A stretch of DNA of 64,000 bases, taken from the NCBI GenBank assembly GCA_034669905.1, contig JAXMOL010000014.1:32001-96000 (forward strand), read 5' to 3'. Source of the stretch: Candidatus Hydrogenedentota bacterium. Its GTDB lineage: Bacteria > Hydrogenedentota > Hydrogenedentia > Hydrogenedentales > JAEUWI01. Position numbers and translations under genes: made by a program. Below are positions 18,487 to 28,300 of this stretch, in pieces; the stretch's first letter is position 1, and every line of letters begins with the position of its first letter. The notes beneath the pieces were generated by a model. It did no database searches and was not told where the DNA came from. It worked only from the letters and a program-made list of their open reading frames with translations.

Positions 18487-19872
18487 ATGGCCTTATCACG
18501 CCCCACCCTTTCCCGCCGCAATTTTCTGCGTGCGGCCGCCGCCACCTGCCTCACCGCCGCCACGTCGGCCCTGGCACGCCCTGCCCACGTACGCCAGAAG
18601 GCACCGAACATCCTCCTCATCATGGTGGACGACCTCGGCAATGGCGATTTAGCGAGCCACGGCGCAAAAGACATGCGGACGCCCCACATCGATGCCCTCA
18701 TGGAAGCGGGCATCCGTTTTGACCAGTTCTACGCCAACTGTCCCGTCTGCTCGCCCACCCGCGCCTCCCTGTTGAGTGGCCGCTATCCCGACAAGGCCGG
18801 CGTGCCCGGGGTCATCCGCACCTATTGGGACAACAACTGGGGTTATCTCCGTCAGGATATGGATTTGTTACCGGCAGCCCTCCGCCAGGGCGGCTATCAC
18901 ACCGCCATGGTGGGCAAATGGCACCTGGGCCTCGAATCGCCCAACAAGCCCAACGAGCGGGGTTTTGACCACTTCAAGGGTTTCCTGGGCGACATGATGG
19001 ATGACTTCGAAAACCACCGGCGCCATGGCATCGACTACATGCGAGAAAACGAAACACCCATCTACCCCCACGGCCACGCCACCGATCTATTGAGCCAATG
19101 GTCGGTGGACTACATCAAGTATCAACTCACCGCCGAGGCCCCCTTCTTCCTCTACCTTGCCTACAACGCGCCCCACACCCCCATCGAGCCGCCCGAGGGC
19201 TGGCTGAAGAAAGTGAAGGACCGCGAGCCGGGCATTTCGGACAAACGCGCCGGACTCGTCGCCTTAATCGAACACATGGACGACGGCATTGGCAAGGTGG
19301 TGAAAGCCCTGAAAGACACGGGGCAATATGAAGATACCCTCATCATATTCTGCTCCGACAACGGCGGCTATATGACCGTGGGCGCTACCAACGGACCCGT
19401 CCGCGGCGGCAAACAGGACATGTATGAAGGCGGCATTAAGGTGCCCATGTGCATGAGCTGGCCCGCAAAAATTCCTCACGGACAGCGCAACAACGACCCC
19501 ATCATGAGCATGGACTTCTACCCGACCCTCTGCGAAATGGCCCAGGTGCCCTACGACAAAAACATCGACGGCGAAAGCCTCGTACCCCTTATCGAAGGCA
19601 CGGGCACGGTGAACCCGGAGCGCACCATGATCTGGATGCGCCGGGAAGGCGGCCCCCACGGCGGACAGGATTACTATGCCATTCGCCGGGGCCCCTGGAA
19701 GCTGTTGCAAAACAGTCCCTTCGAGCCCCTCAAGCTCTACAACCTGCACGATGACCCCATGGAGGCCAATCCCCTCCCCGACAACCACCCTATGCGCAAC
19801 ACCCTCTTCACCGCCCTCCGGGAACACATCAACCAGACCGGCAGCATCCCCTGGCAACGCCCCAAAGCCTGA
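18487..19872 (+). CDS. Tat-exported Cys-type arylsulfatase family protein
   Basis: Twin-arginine SRRNFL; DDLG; CSPTRASLLSGR; GKWHLG; YNAPHTP; SDNG. Confidence 0.92.
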   Translation: MALSRPTLSRRNFLRAAAATCLTAATSALARPAHVRQKAPNILLIMVDDLGNGDLASHGAKDMRTPHIDALMEAGIRFDQFYANCPVCSPTRASLLSGRYPDKAGVPGVIRTYWDNNWGYLRQDMDLLPAALRQGGYHTAMVGKWHLGLESPNKPNERGFDHFKGFLGDMMDDFENHRRHGIDYMRENETPIYPHGHATDLLSQWSVDYIKYQLTAEAPFFLYLAYNAPHTPIEPPEGWLKKVKDREPGISDKRAGLVALIEHMDDGIGKVVKALKDTGQYEDTLIIFCSDNGGYMTVGATNGPVRGGKQDMYEGGIKVPMCMSWPAKIPHGQRNNDPIMSMDFYPTLCEMAQVPYDKNIDGESLVPLIEGTGTVNPERTMIWMRREGGPHGGQDYYAIRRGPWKLLQNSPFEPLKLYNLHDDPMEANPLPDNHPMRNTLFTALREHINQTGSIPWQRPKA

Positions 19873-19961
19873 ACGAGAAAAAGTGAGACGTCGGCGTCCC
19901 ACCGGTCAAGAGCCCACGTAAGACGTAAAACCGACCCTGACGCCATCCACGCCCATTCCGT

Positions 19962-20150
19962 GGAGTGCGTAAGCTTGCTTACGCCCTTACGGAGCAAGCT
20001 TGCTTGCGTCCCCACGCCAGTCGAAACAGAGCAATAAACAGCACAACAAGGACCCCATCCAGCTGCGGTCGTGTCGAAGAGCCAGGGCTGGACCTGGTAC
20101 ATGCCGGGAGCAAGCTCCCTCAAAAAAGTAGCAGCAAGCTGCCACACTCC
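19962..20150. repeat. REP family A composite element
   Basis: GGAGTGCGTAAGCTTGCTTACGC...GCAAGCTTGCTTGC ... GGGAGCAAGCTCCC...GTAGCAGCAAGCTGCCACACTCC. Confidence 0.8.
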
Positions 20151-20220
20151 AAGGAGTCACCATTGGGATAGGCGTCCCACCCGCTGGCGACCTGTCAAGA
20201 GCGCTCGCAAGTCACAACAA

Positions 20221-20268
20221 GGGTGCCACCCTCAAACGGAGGAGCGAAGCGGGGGAAGTTTGTGGGTG
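20221..20268 (+). repeat. REP family B hairpin (GGGTGCCACCC...TTGTGGGTG)
   Basis: Related copies at 41713-41759 (+), 41851-41898 (-) and 47621-47667 (+), and a variant at 63859-63900. Confidence 0.7.
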
Positions 20269-20284
20269 AAGAGACTCCAAAGAG

Positions 20285-20389
20285 GGGGACGGCCCCGACG
20301 ACCGGGCGTGGCTCCCTTCTCGGAGCACTTCTAGTCCGCCCACACGTCAATCAGTCTACCCCATCGTTCCCCACGTCGGTGCAGTCCCC
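20285..20389. repeat. REP family C doublet (GGGGAC[TG]GC[AC]CCGACG / CGTCGG..GC.GTCCCC)
   Basis: GGGGACGGCCCCGACG at 20285-20300 and CGTCGGTGCAGTCCCC at 20374-20389. The same arms occur at 33508, 33611, 33699, 41680, 57645 and 57734. Confidence 0.7.
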
Positions 20390-20470
20390 GCCGGTCCATT
20401 GCGGCCAAATTCGGCACCGTGCTACACTGCCGTCCCTATGCCGCTGCCCCATCAAACCGGAGAATCCCCT

Positions 20471-21481
20471 ATGAAACCCACCATGCTCTTCGTCATCGGT
20501 GCCCCCCGCTCGGGCACCACGATGCTGGAGCGGATGCTGAGTGCCCATCCGGACATCCAGGGCGGCCCGGAGCCCCATCTCCTCACGCCTCTGGCCCACC
20601 TCGGCATCTGGGACACGGTCGATAAAGCCCCCTATGATCACGTGCTGGCCGCCGAATCGCAGAAGCTCTTTGTCTCTAAACTCCCCCAGGGAGAACAGGA
20701 TTACTGGGACGCCTGCCGCGCCTATTGCGACGTCCTTTATGGCCGCTACATGGAAGGCAAATCGGCCACCCTCTGCCTCGACAAGACGCCCGCCTATGCC
20801 CTCGTGCTACCCTTTCTACAACGCGTCTTTCCCGACGCCCGCTATGTGGTGCTCACCCGCCACCCCCTGGCCCTTTTCTCCTCCTTCGCCAACTCCTTTT
20901 TTGACGGCGACTACGAAGCGGCCCAGCAATACAACCCCATCCTCTCCCGCTACGTGCCGGCCCTGGCCGCCTTCCTTCGTCAGAAGGAGGTCCCCTTCCA
21001 CCACGTCCGTTATGAAGATCTCGTGAGCGCGCCCGAGTCCCACTTCGAAGCCATCTGCGGCCACCTCGACATCCCCTACACGGCGGACGCGGTAAACTAC
21101 GGCGAGAAACAATCGGGCGCGGTAAACGAAGGCCTCGGCGATCCCCTGGGCGTGCAACAACACACCCGCCCCAGCACCGACTCGGTGGAAAAGTGGGTCA
21201 ACGAACTGGCCCACGACACGGGCAAACGCCAGCTCATGGAATCCCTCATCAACGCCCTCGACCCCGACGACCTCGCTACCATCGGCTATCCCGTGGACCA
21301 TCTGTGGGACCCCCTCACGAAGAACGCCGACGTGCCGCCCCCGAAGAAACCCAAGCTCAACCGCTACCGCCTCCAGCGCAAGTTAATCGTGACGCTCCGC
21401 CGCTGGACCCAGGGCATTGCCCCCCTTCGGGCTCTCCTCCTCAAAATCCGCCTCGCCTGCGACGTCCTCACCCGCGAGTAA
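20471..21481 (+). CDS. PAPS-dependent sulfotransferase (Sulfotransfer_3-like)
   Basis: 5'-PSB loop FVIGAPRSGTTMLERML, DKTP, 3'-PB RHPLALFSS, VRYEDLV. Confidence 0.9.
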   Translation: MKPTMLFVIGAPRSGTTMLERMLSAHPDIQGGPEPHLLTPLAHLGIWDTVDKAPYDHVLAAESQKLFVSKLPQGEQDYWDACRAYCDVLYGRYMEGKSATLCLDKTPAYALVLPFLQRVFPDARYVVLTRHPLALFSSFANSFFDGDYEAAQQYNPILSRYVPALAAFLRQKEVPFHHVRYEDLVSAPESHFEAICGHLDIPYTADAVNYGEKQSGAVNEGLGDPLGVQQHTRPSTDSVEKWVNELAHDTGKRQLMESLINALDPDDLATIGYPVDHLWDPLTKNADVPPPKKPKLNRYRLQRKLIVTLRRWTQGIAPLRALLLKIRLACDVLTRE

Positions 21482-21546
21482 GTGCGCGGGTCCACGACGC
21501 GACGTCTCCACCTTTTACCGCCCTCCCTCGGCACGGGTGTCTCTCT

Positions 21547-21595
21547 GGAGTGTGGCAGCTTGCTGCTACTTTTCTTGAGGGAGCTTGCTCCCGGC
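21547..21595. repeat. Single family A arm, near-perfect inverted copy of 20103-20150
   Basis: GGAGTGTGGCAGCTTGCTGCTACTTTTCTTGAGGGAGCTTGCTCCCGGC equals the reverse complement of 20103-20150 except for one extra base. Confidence 0.8.
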
Positions 21596-21748
21596 AGGCC
21601 CGGGCCCGGCAGATCGCTTCACGCGAAACCCTGGCCCAAGCCCGCCACCATAGTGAAACCCGACGCGTTAGTGGTACGATAGCTAAAACGATTACCTTAC
21701 TATGTTCGACATTACACAACACCATCCCCCAGGAGAGACCGCTTACCC

Positions 21749-22105
21749 ATGGACATTTCATGGCAAGAAGCCAAAGCACTGTTACGCGAAGTACTCGAAG
21801 ACGAAATGGGCACCGGACGTCATGAAATAGCGCCCAAGTACCGGGGCGGCACCCTCGTCTTGAAACCTGCCGACGACGCCCTTCAGGGCAAAGAAATCCC
21901 CATCGACACCTTCTTCAAGAAGATTACCTCCGTACGCGAGAAATTGCGTGTGCTCGAACAAAAGATCAACAATCACAAAGCGCTCTCAGAAACCGACAAG
22001 GCCGAACTGCAACGCTTTATCACCAAAAGCTACGGCAGCCTGACGACCTTCAATGTCTTGTTTAAGGAAGAAGAAGACCGATTCGTGGGGTCCAAGGAAT
22101 CCTGA
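21749..22105 (+). CDS. Conserved hypothetical protein (118 aa)
   Basis: AGGAG RBS; coding-like codon use; IPIDTFFKKI..REKLRVLEQKIN..YGSLTTFNVLF looks like a conserved block. Confidence 0.75.
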   Translation: MDISWQEAKALLREVLEDEMGTGRHEIAPKYRGGTLVLKPADDALQGKEIPIDTFFKKITSVREKLRVLEQKINNHKALSETDKAELQRFITKSYGSLTTFNVLFKEEEDRFVGSKES

Positions 22106-22150
22106 TTACCAGCAATAAGGGGTAGCACACACCCCCGGAGCATTCGGACA

Positions 22151-24745
22151 ATGCGACATACGAGGCAAGAGGGGTCCCGCCATCAACCCGTCCCGGCAGC
22201 GCCCCGTTTCCCAGGCGTCGTCGCGCTCTCTGGGCTGGGCGTTTCCCTGCTCGGTCTTGCCAGCCACGCGGATACTGCAGCGTCGGAAGCCCTTGCCCCC
22301 AGCAACACGGGCTATATGTTCCTCGCGCTCCTGCTTTCTCTGACGCTGCTCGCCGTGGCGGGGTGGGCCTTTCGGCTCCTCGGCCAACTTCGCTCCGTCA
22401 GTGAAGCCCTGAACACGGCGAACGCCCGTCTCTCCCATGACACGAACGCCGTGGAAGCAAGCCTGCGTTCCGCGGAACCACAGCAGCGCATGTTGTTTGA
22501 GCAACTGCCCGTCGGATTGGCCCTGTGTCGATTGAATGGTGACCTGATCGACGTAAACCCCGCCTTTGCGCACATCCTCGGCCGGAGCGTGGAAGAAACG
22601 CTTCAACTGACCTACTGGGACATTACGCCGAAGTCCTATGAACAGGCGGAACTTGAACTGCTCGCCACCATCAACCAGGCCGGTCGATTTGGCCCCTACG
22701 AAAAAGAATACATTCATAAGGACGGCCACCTGGTTCCCGTTCGCTTGAGCGGCATCCTCATCAAACGCAATGGCGAGTCGCTGGTTTGGTCCTGTGTCGA
22801 AGACATTACCGACATCCGCTCGACCGAAGCCTCCCTCCGCGATCGGGAAGCCCAATACCACACCATATTTGATGCGGCCCCCGTCGGTCTTATCATCTCC
22901 AACCGCTCGGGCGAAACCGTCGCCGCCAACCGAGCCGCTGCCCAAATGCACGGCTACACGCCGGAAGAATTCATCACACTCCGCCCCGAGCAATTCATTC
23001 ACCCCAACTCCATGAATGCGTTCCAGCAATACATGGGCGCGGTTTTCAGCGAGCAGAGTATTCGCCTGGAGGCGCAAGACCTTCGGAGGGATGGCACCCC
23101 CATCGATATCGACGTTTTCGGCGTCCCCATGCGCTATGGCGGCGAAGTGCACGGATTGGGCATCCTGCAAGACATCACCGAACTGAAGCAGGCGGAGCAT
23201 CGCCGTCGCCTGAGTGATGAACGGTACCGCAGCCTCGTGGAAACCAGCCAGGAATGGATCTGGGAAATCGACGTCCAGGGGAATCACACCTTTTCCAACC
23301 CCGCCATCACCCATATCCTCGGTGTGGCATGCGACGCCTTTCTGGCCGAAGAAGCCTTCGCGAGAGTTCACCCCGATAACCGCGATTCGGTCCGCGCTGA
23401 ATTTGACCGTCACATCGCCGAAAAATCCGGCTGGCGATACTGGACCATTCGCTGGCGCCATGCCGACGGCACCTATCGCCACCTCGAAAGCAATGCGGAG
23501 CCCATACTCGATGCCAGCGGAAAGCTGACGGGGTTTCGCGGTGCAGATCGCGATATTACAGAACGCCTCAATGCCGAGCGGCTTCTTCGTGAATCCCTCC
23601 AGGCATCGGCAGACACCATTTCGGCCATTCCGTCGGGCATGATTATCTACCGCTACGAAGCGCCGTCGGCACTCTACATGATCGAGGCCAACCCCGCGGC
23701 ATCCCGATTAATGAACATTTCCCTTTCCGAAAAGATCGGAGAGGAGTTCGGTTCGGTATGGGCTGACTATGACCAACCCGGACTCAAAGACGCTATCGTG
23801 GAGGTCGTACACACCGGGACGCCGCTGCGACAAGACTATCTGAAGCGGGACGATACGGGTCAGATAGTCCTCGCCATGCACTTCCACGCCTTTCCCATGC
23901 CCAACAGTCAGGTGGGTGTCGCCTTCGAAGACATCCTGGAACATAAACAAACCGAGCAGAAACTCGAGCGCTACCGCTTCCAACTGGAAGAAATTGTGCG
24001 GGAACGCACCGAGGCCCTTGAAGAGGCCCAAAGCGAACTCATTAAGAAAGAGCGGCTCGCGGCACTGGGGCAACTGATCGGCATGGTGAGCCACGAACTC
24101 CGCAACCCCCTGGGCACCATCCGGGGCTCCCTCTTCAGCATCGGGAAACGGGTCGCTTCGGAAGACTACGACCGACTGCCCGCCATCATCGAACGGGCGG
24201 AACGCAATATCATTCGATGTGACCGCATTATCGAAGAACTACTCGACTTTTCCCGGGATCGCACCATTGATGTCGCAGAAGTCGACCTCGACCCCTGGCT
24301 CCGGGAAGTCTTCGCGGAAATCGATGAGCTGGACGGCATCACGTGCCAGTGGGCATTGGAAGCGAACATTACGATTCCCCTCGACACAGAACAGTTTCGC
24401 CGGGTACTCATTAATATCATTACCAACGCCGTACATGCGATGAATGAACCGGAAGCCCCCGGGAAAACGCTGACGGTCAGCACCCGGGTAATAGACGCGG
24501 ACGTCGAAATCGTCGTTGAAGACAGGGGCGTGGGCATCCCCCCTGAAATAATGGCACGAATCGGAGAGCCCCTCTTCAGTACCAAAGGCTTTGGTGTCGG
24601 ACTCGGCGTACCCATCATCGAAGAGATCGTCGCGGCACACGGTGGTTCCGTGACCTATGATTCCAGGGTAGGGCGGGGCACCCGCGTTCGTATACGCCTG
24701 CCCCACGCCTCCAGCCCCCCTGGCAGCGCCGTGGCAGAAACCTGA
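22151..24745 (+). CDS. Multi-PAS sensor histidine kinase
   Basis: Two N-terminal hydrophobic segments, about 4 PAS/PAC units (DIT motifs), H-box SHELRNPL, N-box NIITNAVHA, G1 DRGVGI, F/G2 FSTKGFGVGLGV. Confidence 0.92.
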   Translation: MRHTRQEGSRHQPVPAAPRFPGVVALSGLGVSLLGLASHADTAASEALAPSNTGYMFLALLLSLTLLAVAGWAFRLLGQLRSVSEALNTANARLSHDTNAVEASLRSAEPQQRMLFEQLPVGLALCRLNGDLIDVNPAFAHILGRSVEETLQLTYWDITPKSYEQAELELLATINQAGRFGPYEKEYIHKDGHLVPVRLSGILIKRNGESLVWSCVEDITDIRSTEASLRDREAQYHTIFDAAPVGLIISNRSGETVAANRAAAQMHGYTPEEFITLRPEQFIHPNSMNAFQQYMGAVFSEQSIRLEAQDLRRDGTPIDIDVFGVPMRYGGEVHGLGILQDITELKQAEHRRRLSDERYRSLVETSQEWIWEIDVQGNHTFSNPAITHILGVACDAFLAEEAFARVHPDNRDSVRAEFDRHIAEKSGWRYWTIRWRHADGTYRHLESNAEPILDASGKLTGFRGADRDITERLNAERLLRESLQASADTISAIPSGMIIYRYEAPSALYMIEANPAASRLMNISLSEKIGEEFGSVWADYDQPGLKDAIVEVVHTGTPLRQDYLKRDDTGQIVLAMHFHAFPMPNSQVGVAFEDILEHKQTEQKLERYRFQLEEIVRERTEALEEAQSELIKKERLAALGQLIGMVSHELRNPLGTIRGSLFSIGKRVASEDYDRLPAIIERAERNIIRCDRIIEELLDFSRDRTIDVAEVDLDPWLREVFAEIDELDGITCQWALEANITIPLDTEQFRRVLINIITNAVHAMNEPEAPGKTLTVSTRVIDADVEIVVEDRGVGIPPEIMARIGEPLFSTKGFGVGLGVPIIEEIVAAHGGSVTYDSRVGRGTRVRIRLPHASSPPGSAVAET

Positions 24746-24829
24746 ACGGCCCGTTTTTTATCCCACCCACGCTCCGTTATACTTCCCGGCAACGCCATAG
24801 CTGCTTTTTGCGACTCCAAAGGGACTCCC

Positions 24830-27313
24830 ATGTTACTTCCACTTTGTCTCAGCGCACTGCTTGCCGCGGGCCCTGTCCCGCCGCTACCCCTGCCCGAGTT
24901 GACTGCCATCTCAATCGATGGCGACACGAACGACTGGGCACAGAACGGCCATGCTATCCCGATCATGGGACCCATCGGCGAAACGCTGTCCGGCCCCCAG
25001 GACCTCGATGCCCGGGCCACGCTCGGCTGGTGCAATGCCGGACTCCTCGCGGCGTTCACGGTCCGGGATGATGAATTGGTCGCCGCCAATGAACACGGAT
25101 TCCGGGGAGACCGGGTCGACCTCCATCTCGCCTCCCAGGGCGATCCTATGGCCCGCATTCACCTGCGCATCACGGGTATGGAGACGCCCGAGGCCCTCCG
25201 CGCCATGATCGACTACCCCAAGCCCAGCCGAAATGCGGCGGACGATGGCGTGCAGGTCGCGGCCCGACGCCAGGAAACAGGCTACACCCTTGAAGTGCTC
25301 CTCCCCTGGACTGAGACCCTCCAACCCGGCGCAGATGGCGCCCTCGGCGTTCAGTGCAGTGTGTCGGACATGGATAGCGACGGCCCCCTCCATCGCGTCA
25401 GTTGGTATCCGGCCGACGATTGGGCCCCCGAAGGGGTCGCCACCTTTCCCGTGCGCTTCACCGCCGAAAAGCACCCACGCCCTGCTATATGGACGAAAAT
25501 CACCTTCGACGAACACGGGCGAACTGCGTGTCATATGCTCACGCGGAACCCCGACTTGTCCACCCAACTCACCCTGGGCGCACACCGTCACGACGTCCAG
25601 TTCGAAACGCATAACGGCTGGCAGGAAGCCCGCTTTCACCTCCCCCTGCCCGACGACACCGACCAGGCCGTGCTGGTTCAGGGCGAGTCCACGTGGCAGC
25701 TCCCCCTGCCCGATGTGAGGGACTATCGCGCACGTGCCCTCATGGTCCTCCCCCTGCGCTTTGATCCGCCCGTGTTTTCCAGCGCCACCTTCCCGCCCGT
25801 TGGCTTCGAAAACGTGCTGCTGGCAGAACGCCTCCTGGGGACCTACGAAATCGAAACAACCTACTACGACGCCGAATACAACATCGTTGACCAACCGGAG
25901 GCACCCGGACGCTACGGTGCCGTGGTCACCGTCACCTCGGAAAGCGGCGACACCCTCACCCGCTTCCGCACCCTCTTTCGCGCACCCCGAACGACCAATG
26001 ACTTCGCCTGGAACTTCGTGCCCCAGCCCCCGGCTGACGGCGCCATCCCCCCCCATCTCTACGCCGACGATGCCTTCGTGCCCCAACCGGGCCACCCGGC
26101 CGTTACGCCCTTTATTCATGAACAACTCGGTCGTGCCATGCGCACCCACCACAGCAGTGCCGCACTCCTGGCCGCCCTCCATGAAGACGCCCAATCGGGC
26201 ACAATCGACGGGGAACACACGGCCAGAGAGCGGGATCGCCAGTGGTGGGTCGGCCTCAAACGCCAGCATTACGTCAGCGATCGCGAGATGGACGTCCCCT
26301 TTGTCGCGCCCCGCCGTTTCGTGGGCGAGCCGGCCCCCACCCTACGCGACGGCACGGAAGTCGAAGCGGGCATGAAGGCAGGCGTCTCGGACGCCCTGGA
26401 CGCCCACCTCAACGCCTGGGCCGCCGACAGCAACGAGGCCTTCGCCGTGGCCGTCGTCTCCCAAGGCGTGCTCTTCTACCACAAGGCCTTCGGCGAGCGA
26501 AACGGCGTGCCCATGACCGTCGACACGCCCAGCTGGATGGCCTCCATCACCAAGCTCATTTCCGGCACCACCATGATGACCCTGGTCGACGCGGGCCGGG
26601 TCGACCTCGATGACCGGGTGGACGCCTACCTGCCCGCCCTGAAATATATCGATGTGCCTCGGCCGCTCCAGGTCCGCGATCTCTATAACCACACCAATGG
26701 CCTCGCCCTCAACATCAAATACCCCGAGGCCTACCGGGACCACTGGGGCGACCAGCTCCACGACCTGGAAGAAATCGTTGCGGGCTATTACCCCCACCTC
26801 AAGGTGCGCCAGCGGCTGGGCTACAACGGCGTGGGCTACGCCCTCGGTGGCAAGATCATGGAAATGGTCAGCGGCGAATCCCTGCCCACCTTCTACCACA
26901 ATCACCTCTTCGGCCCCCTGGGTATGGAACACACCACCGTGCCCGATGGCTCCGCCCACGGCTTCAGCACCCCCCGCGACATGGCCGCCTTCGGCCAGAT
27001 GCTCCTGAACAAGGGCAGCTATGGCCCCTGGCGCTTCTTCCGCCCCGAAACCTTCGCGCAAATGCTTCCCCGCCCCTTGCACGAAACGGCCGGACTCGAC
27101 ACCGACCGGAGCTGGGGCGTCGGGGCTGTCTGGATGGGTGGCAATGGGTTGAGTGAGCGCACCTTCGGACACGGGGCGGCGTCGGCCGCTACCCTGCGGA
27201 TTGACCCGGAAAATGAGCTGGTCATCGTCATGTGCCGCAACGCCGCCGGAGACAACTACGGCACCTACCATCCCCGCTTCCTGGAAATCATTGCCGAGCA
27301 CCTTGCACGGTAG
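24830..27313 (+). CDS. Secreted multidomain serine hydrolase (N-terminal CBM9/DOMON-like domain, C-terminal beta-lactamase-like domain)
   Basis: Signal peptide; IDGDTNDW...TVRDD...GYTLEVLLPW (CBM9-like); MASITK (SxxK), LYNHTNG, YNGVGY, FGHGA. Confidence 0.8.
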   Translation: MLLPLCLSALLAAGPVPPLPLPELTAISIDGDTNDWAQNGHAIPIMGPIGETLSGPQDLDARATLGWCNAGLLAAFTVRDDELVAANEHGFRGDRVDLHLASQGDPMARIHLRITGMETPEALRAMIDYPKPSRNAADDGVQVAARRQETGYTLEVLLPWTETLQPGADGALGVQCSVSDMDSDGPLHRVSWYPADDWAPEGVATFPVRFTAEKHPRPAIWTKITFDEHGRTACHMLTRNPDLSTQLTLGAHRHDVQFETHNGWQEARFHLPLPDDTDQAVLVQGESTWQLPLPDVRDYRARALMVLPLRFDPPVFSSATFPPVGFENVLLAERLLGTYEIETTYYDAEYNIVDQPEAPGRYGAVVTVTSESGDTLTRFRTLFRAPRTTNDFAWNFVPQPPADGAIPPHLYADDAFVPQPGHPAVTPFIHEQLGRAMRTHHSSAALLAALHEDAQSGTIDGEHTARERDRQWWVGLKRQHYVSDREMDVPFVAPRRFVGEPAPTLRDGTEVEAGMKAGVSDALDAHLNAWAADSNEAFAVAVVSQGVLFYHKAFGERNGVPMTVDTPSWMASITKLISGTTMMTLVDAGRVDLDDRVDAYLPALKYIDVPRPLQVRDLYNHTNGLALNIKYPEAYRDHWGDQLHDLEEIVAGYYPHLKVRQRLGYNGVGYALGGKIMEMVSGESLPTFYHNHLFGPLGMEHTTVPDGSAHGFSTPRDMAAFGQMLLNKGSYGPWRFFRPETFAQMLPRPLHETAGLDTDRSWGVGAVWMGGNGLSERTFGHGAASAATLRIDPENELVIVMCRNAAGDNYGTYHPRFLEIIAEHLAR

Positions 27314-27400
27314 ACGGTAAAAACAGGCATAATATGACCGTCAACAATTTATTGGGTCGGGGCATCCTCCCTCGTAGTACCCGGAACCGACAGGTCCTCC

Positions 27401-28123
27401 ATGAACAACACCACCCTCATTGAGAGCACGGAAAAGGTCGCCCGCTCCGTCGTTCCCATACTGTCCGTATTTCCCCATGCGCCGCAGAAACTCATGATTT
27501 GCGGCACCGGCTTCTTTATCCACGAGCGGGGCTGCCTCGCCACGGCCTCCCACGTCGCCCGCCTGGAACATAAGTGGGTGCTCTACGACGGCACCCTGCT
27601 CGAGTGCGACGTCATGGCCGAGCAACTCACCATCAACAAAGAAAAAGACGACCCGCGCATGAAACATGCCTGGGATATTGGCGTCTTGCAGGTTCAGGCA
27701 CCGCAGAAAACCTTCCACCCCTTGGGTTTATCCAACAAACTCCACTTTCGCCGGGGCGAACCCATCGCCCAGTATGGTTATTACGACCAGGGCGTAAAAT
27801 ACAAGGTAGGCTCCATTACCGGACTCAACGGCTTGCTGACCACCGGCATTGTCAGCGCCTCCACCAATATCCGCATCGGCCACATCGAAATGGGCAGTCG
27901 ACTCATCCTCGACATCAGTGCCGGCCCCGGCAGTAGCGGCAGCCCCGTCTTCGACCCGGAGAATGGTGATGTCCTCGGCATGATCGTATCCGGCAAGGAA
28001 AAACAGGTGCTCGGGCCGGGGCCCAGCCCCACCGAGATGAAAATTGAGCATATTCCCCTGGGTATCGCCTACTCCGACCCCGTCATCCACCTGGGTATGT
28101 GGCTTCAACGATTTGTGTCCTGA
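27401..28123 (+). CDS. Trypsin-like (S1) serine protease, no signal peptide
   Basis: GTGFFI, ATASHV (His), WDIGVL (Asp), GSSGSPVF (Ser). Confidence 0.82.
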   Translation: MNNTTLIESTEKVARSVVPILSVFPHAPQKLMICGTGFFIHERGCLATASHVARLEHKWVLYDGTLLECDVMAEQLTINKEKDDPRMKHAWDIGVLQVQAPQKTFHPLGLSNKLHFRRGEPIAQYGYYDQGVKYKVGSITGLNGLLTTGIVSASTNIRIGHIEMGSRLILDISAGPGSSGSPVFDPENGDVLGMIVSGKEKQVLGPGPSPTEMKIEHIPLGIAYSDPVIHLGMWLQRFVS

Positions 28124-28300
28124 ACAACACGGGTTTTCGCAACGTTGCGCCCGGCTATGCTATTATTCGGGATTCCAAGCGTGCGATTTCGGGCCATGCT
28201 GCTTCCCACCGTCAGGGTGGATCGCCCGGCGCAAAAGCAACGCCCCGGCTATCCCGCGGGCCACAATGAACGTAGCAGCCCGCAAGAGAAAGTACCCGTA

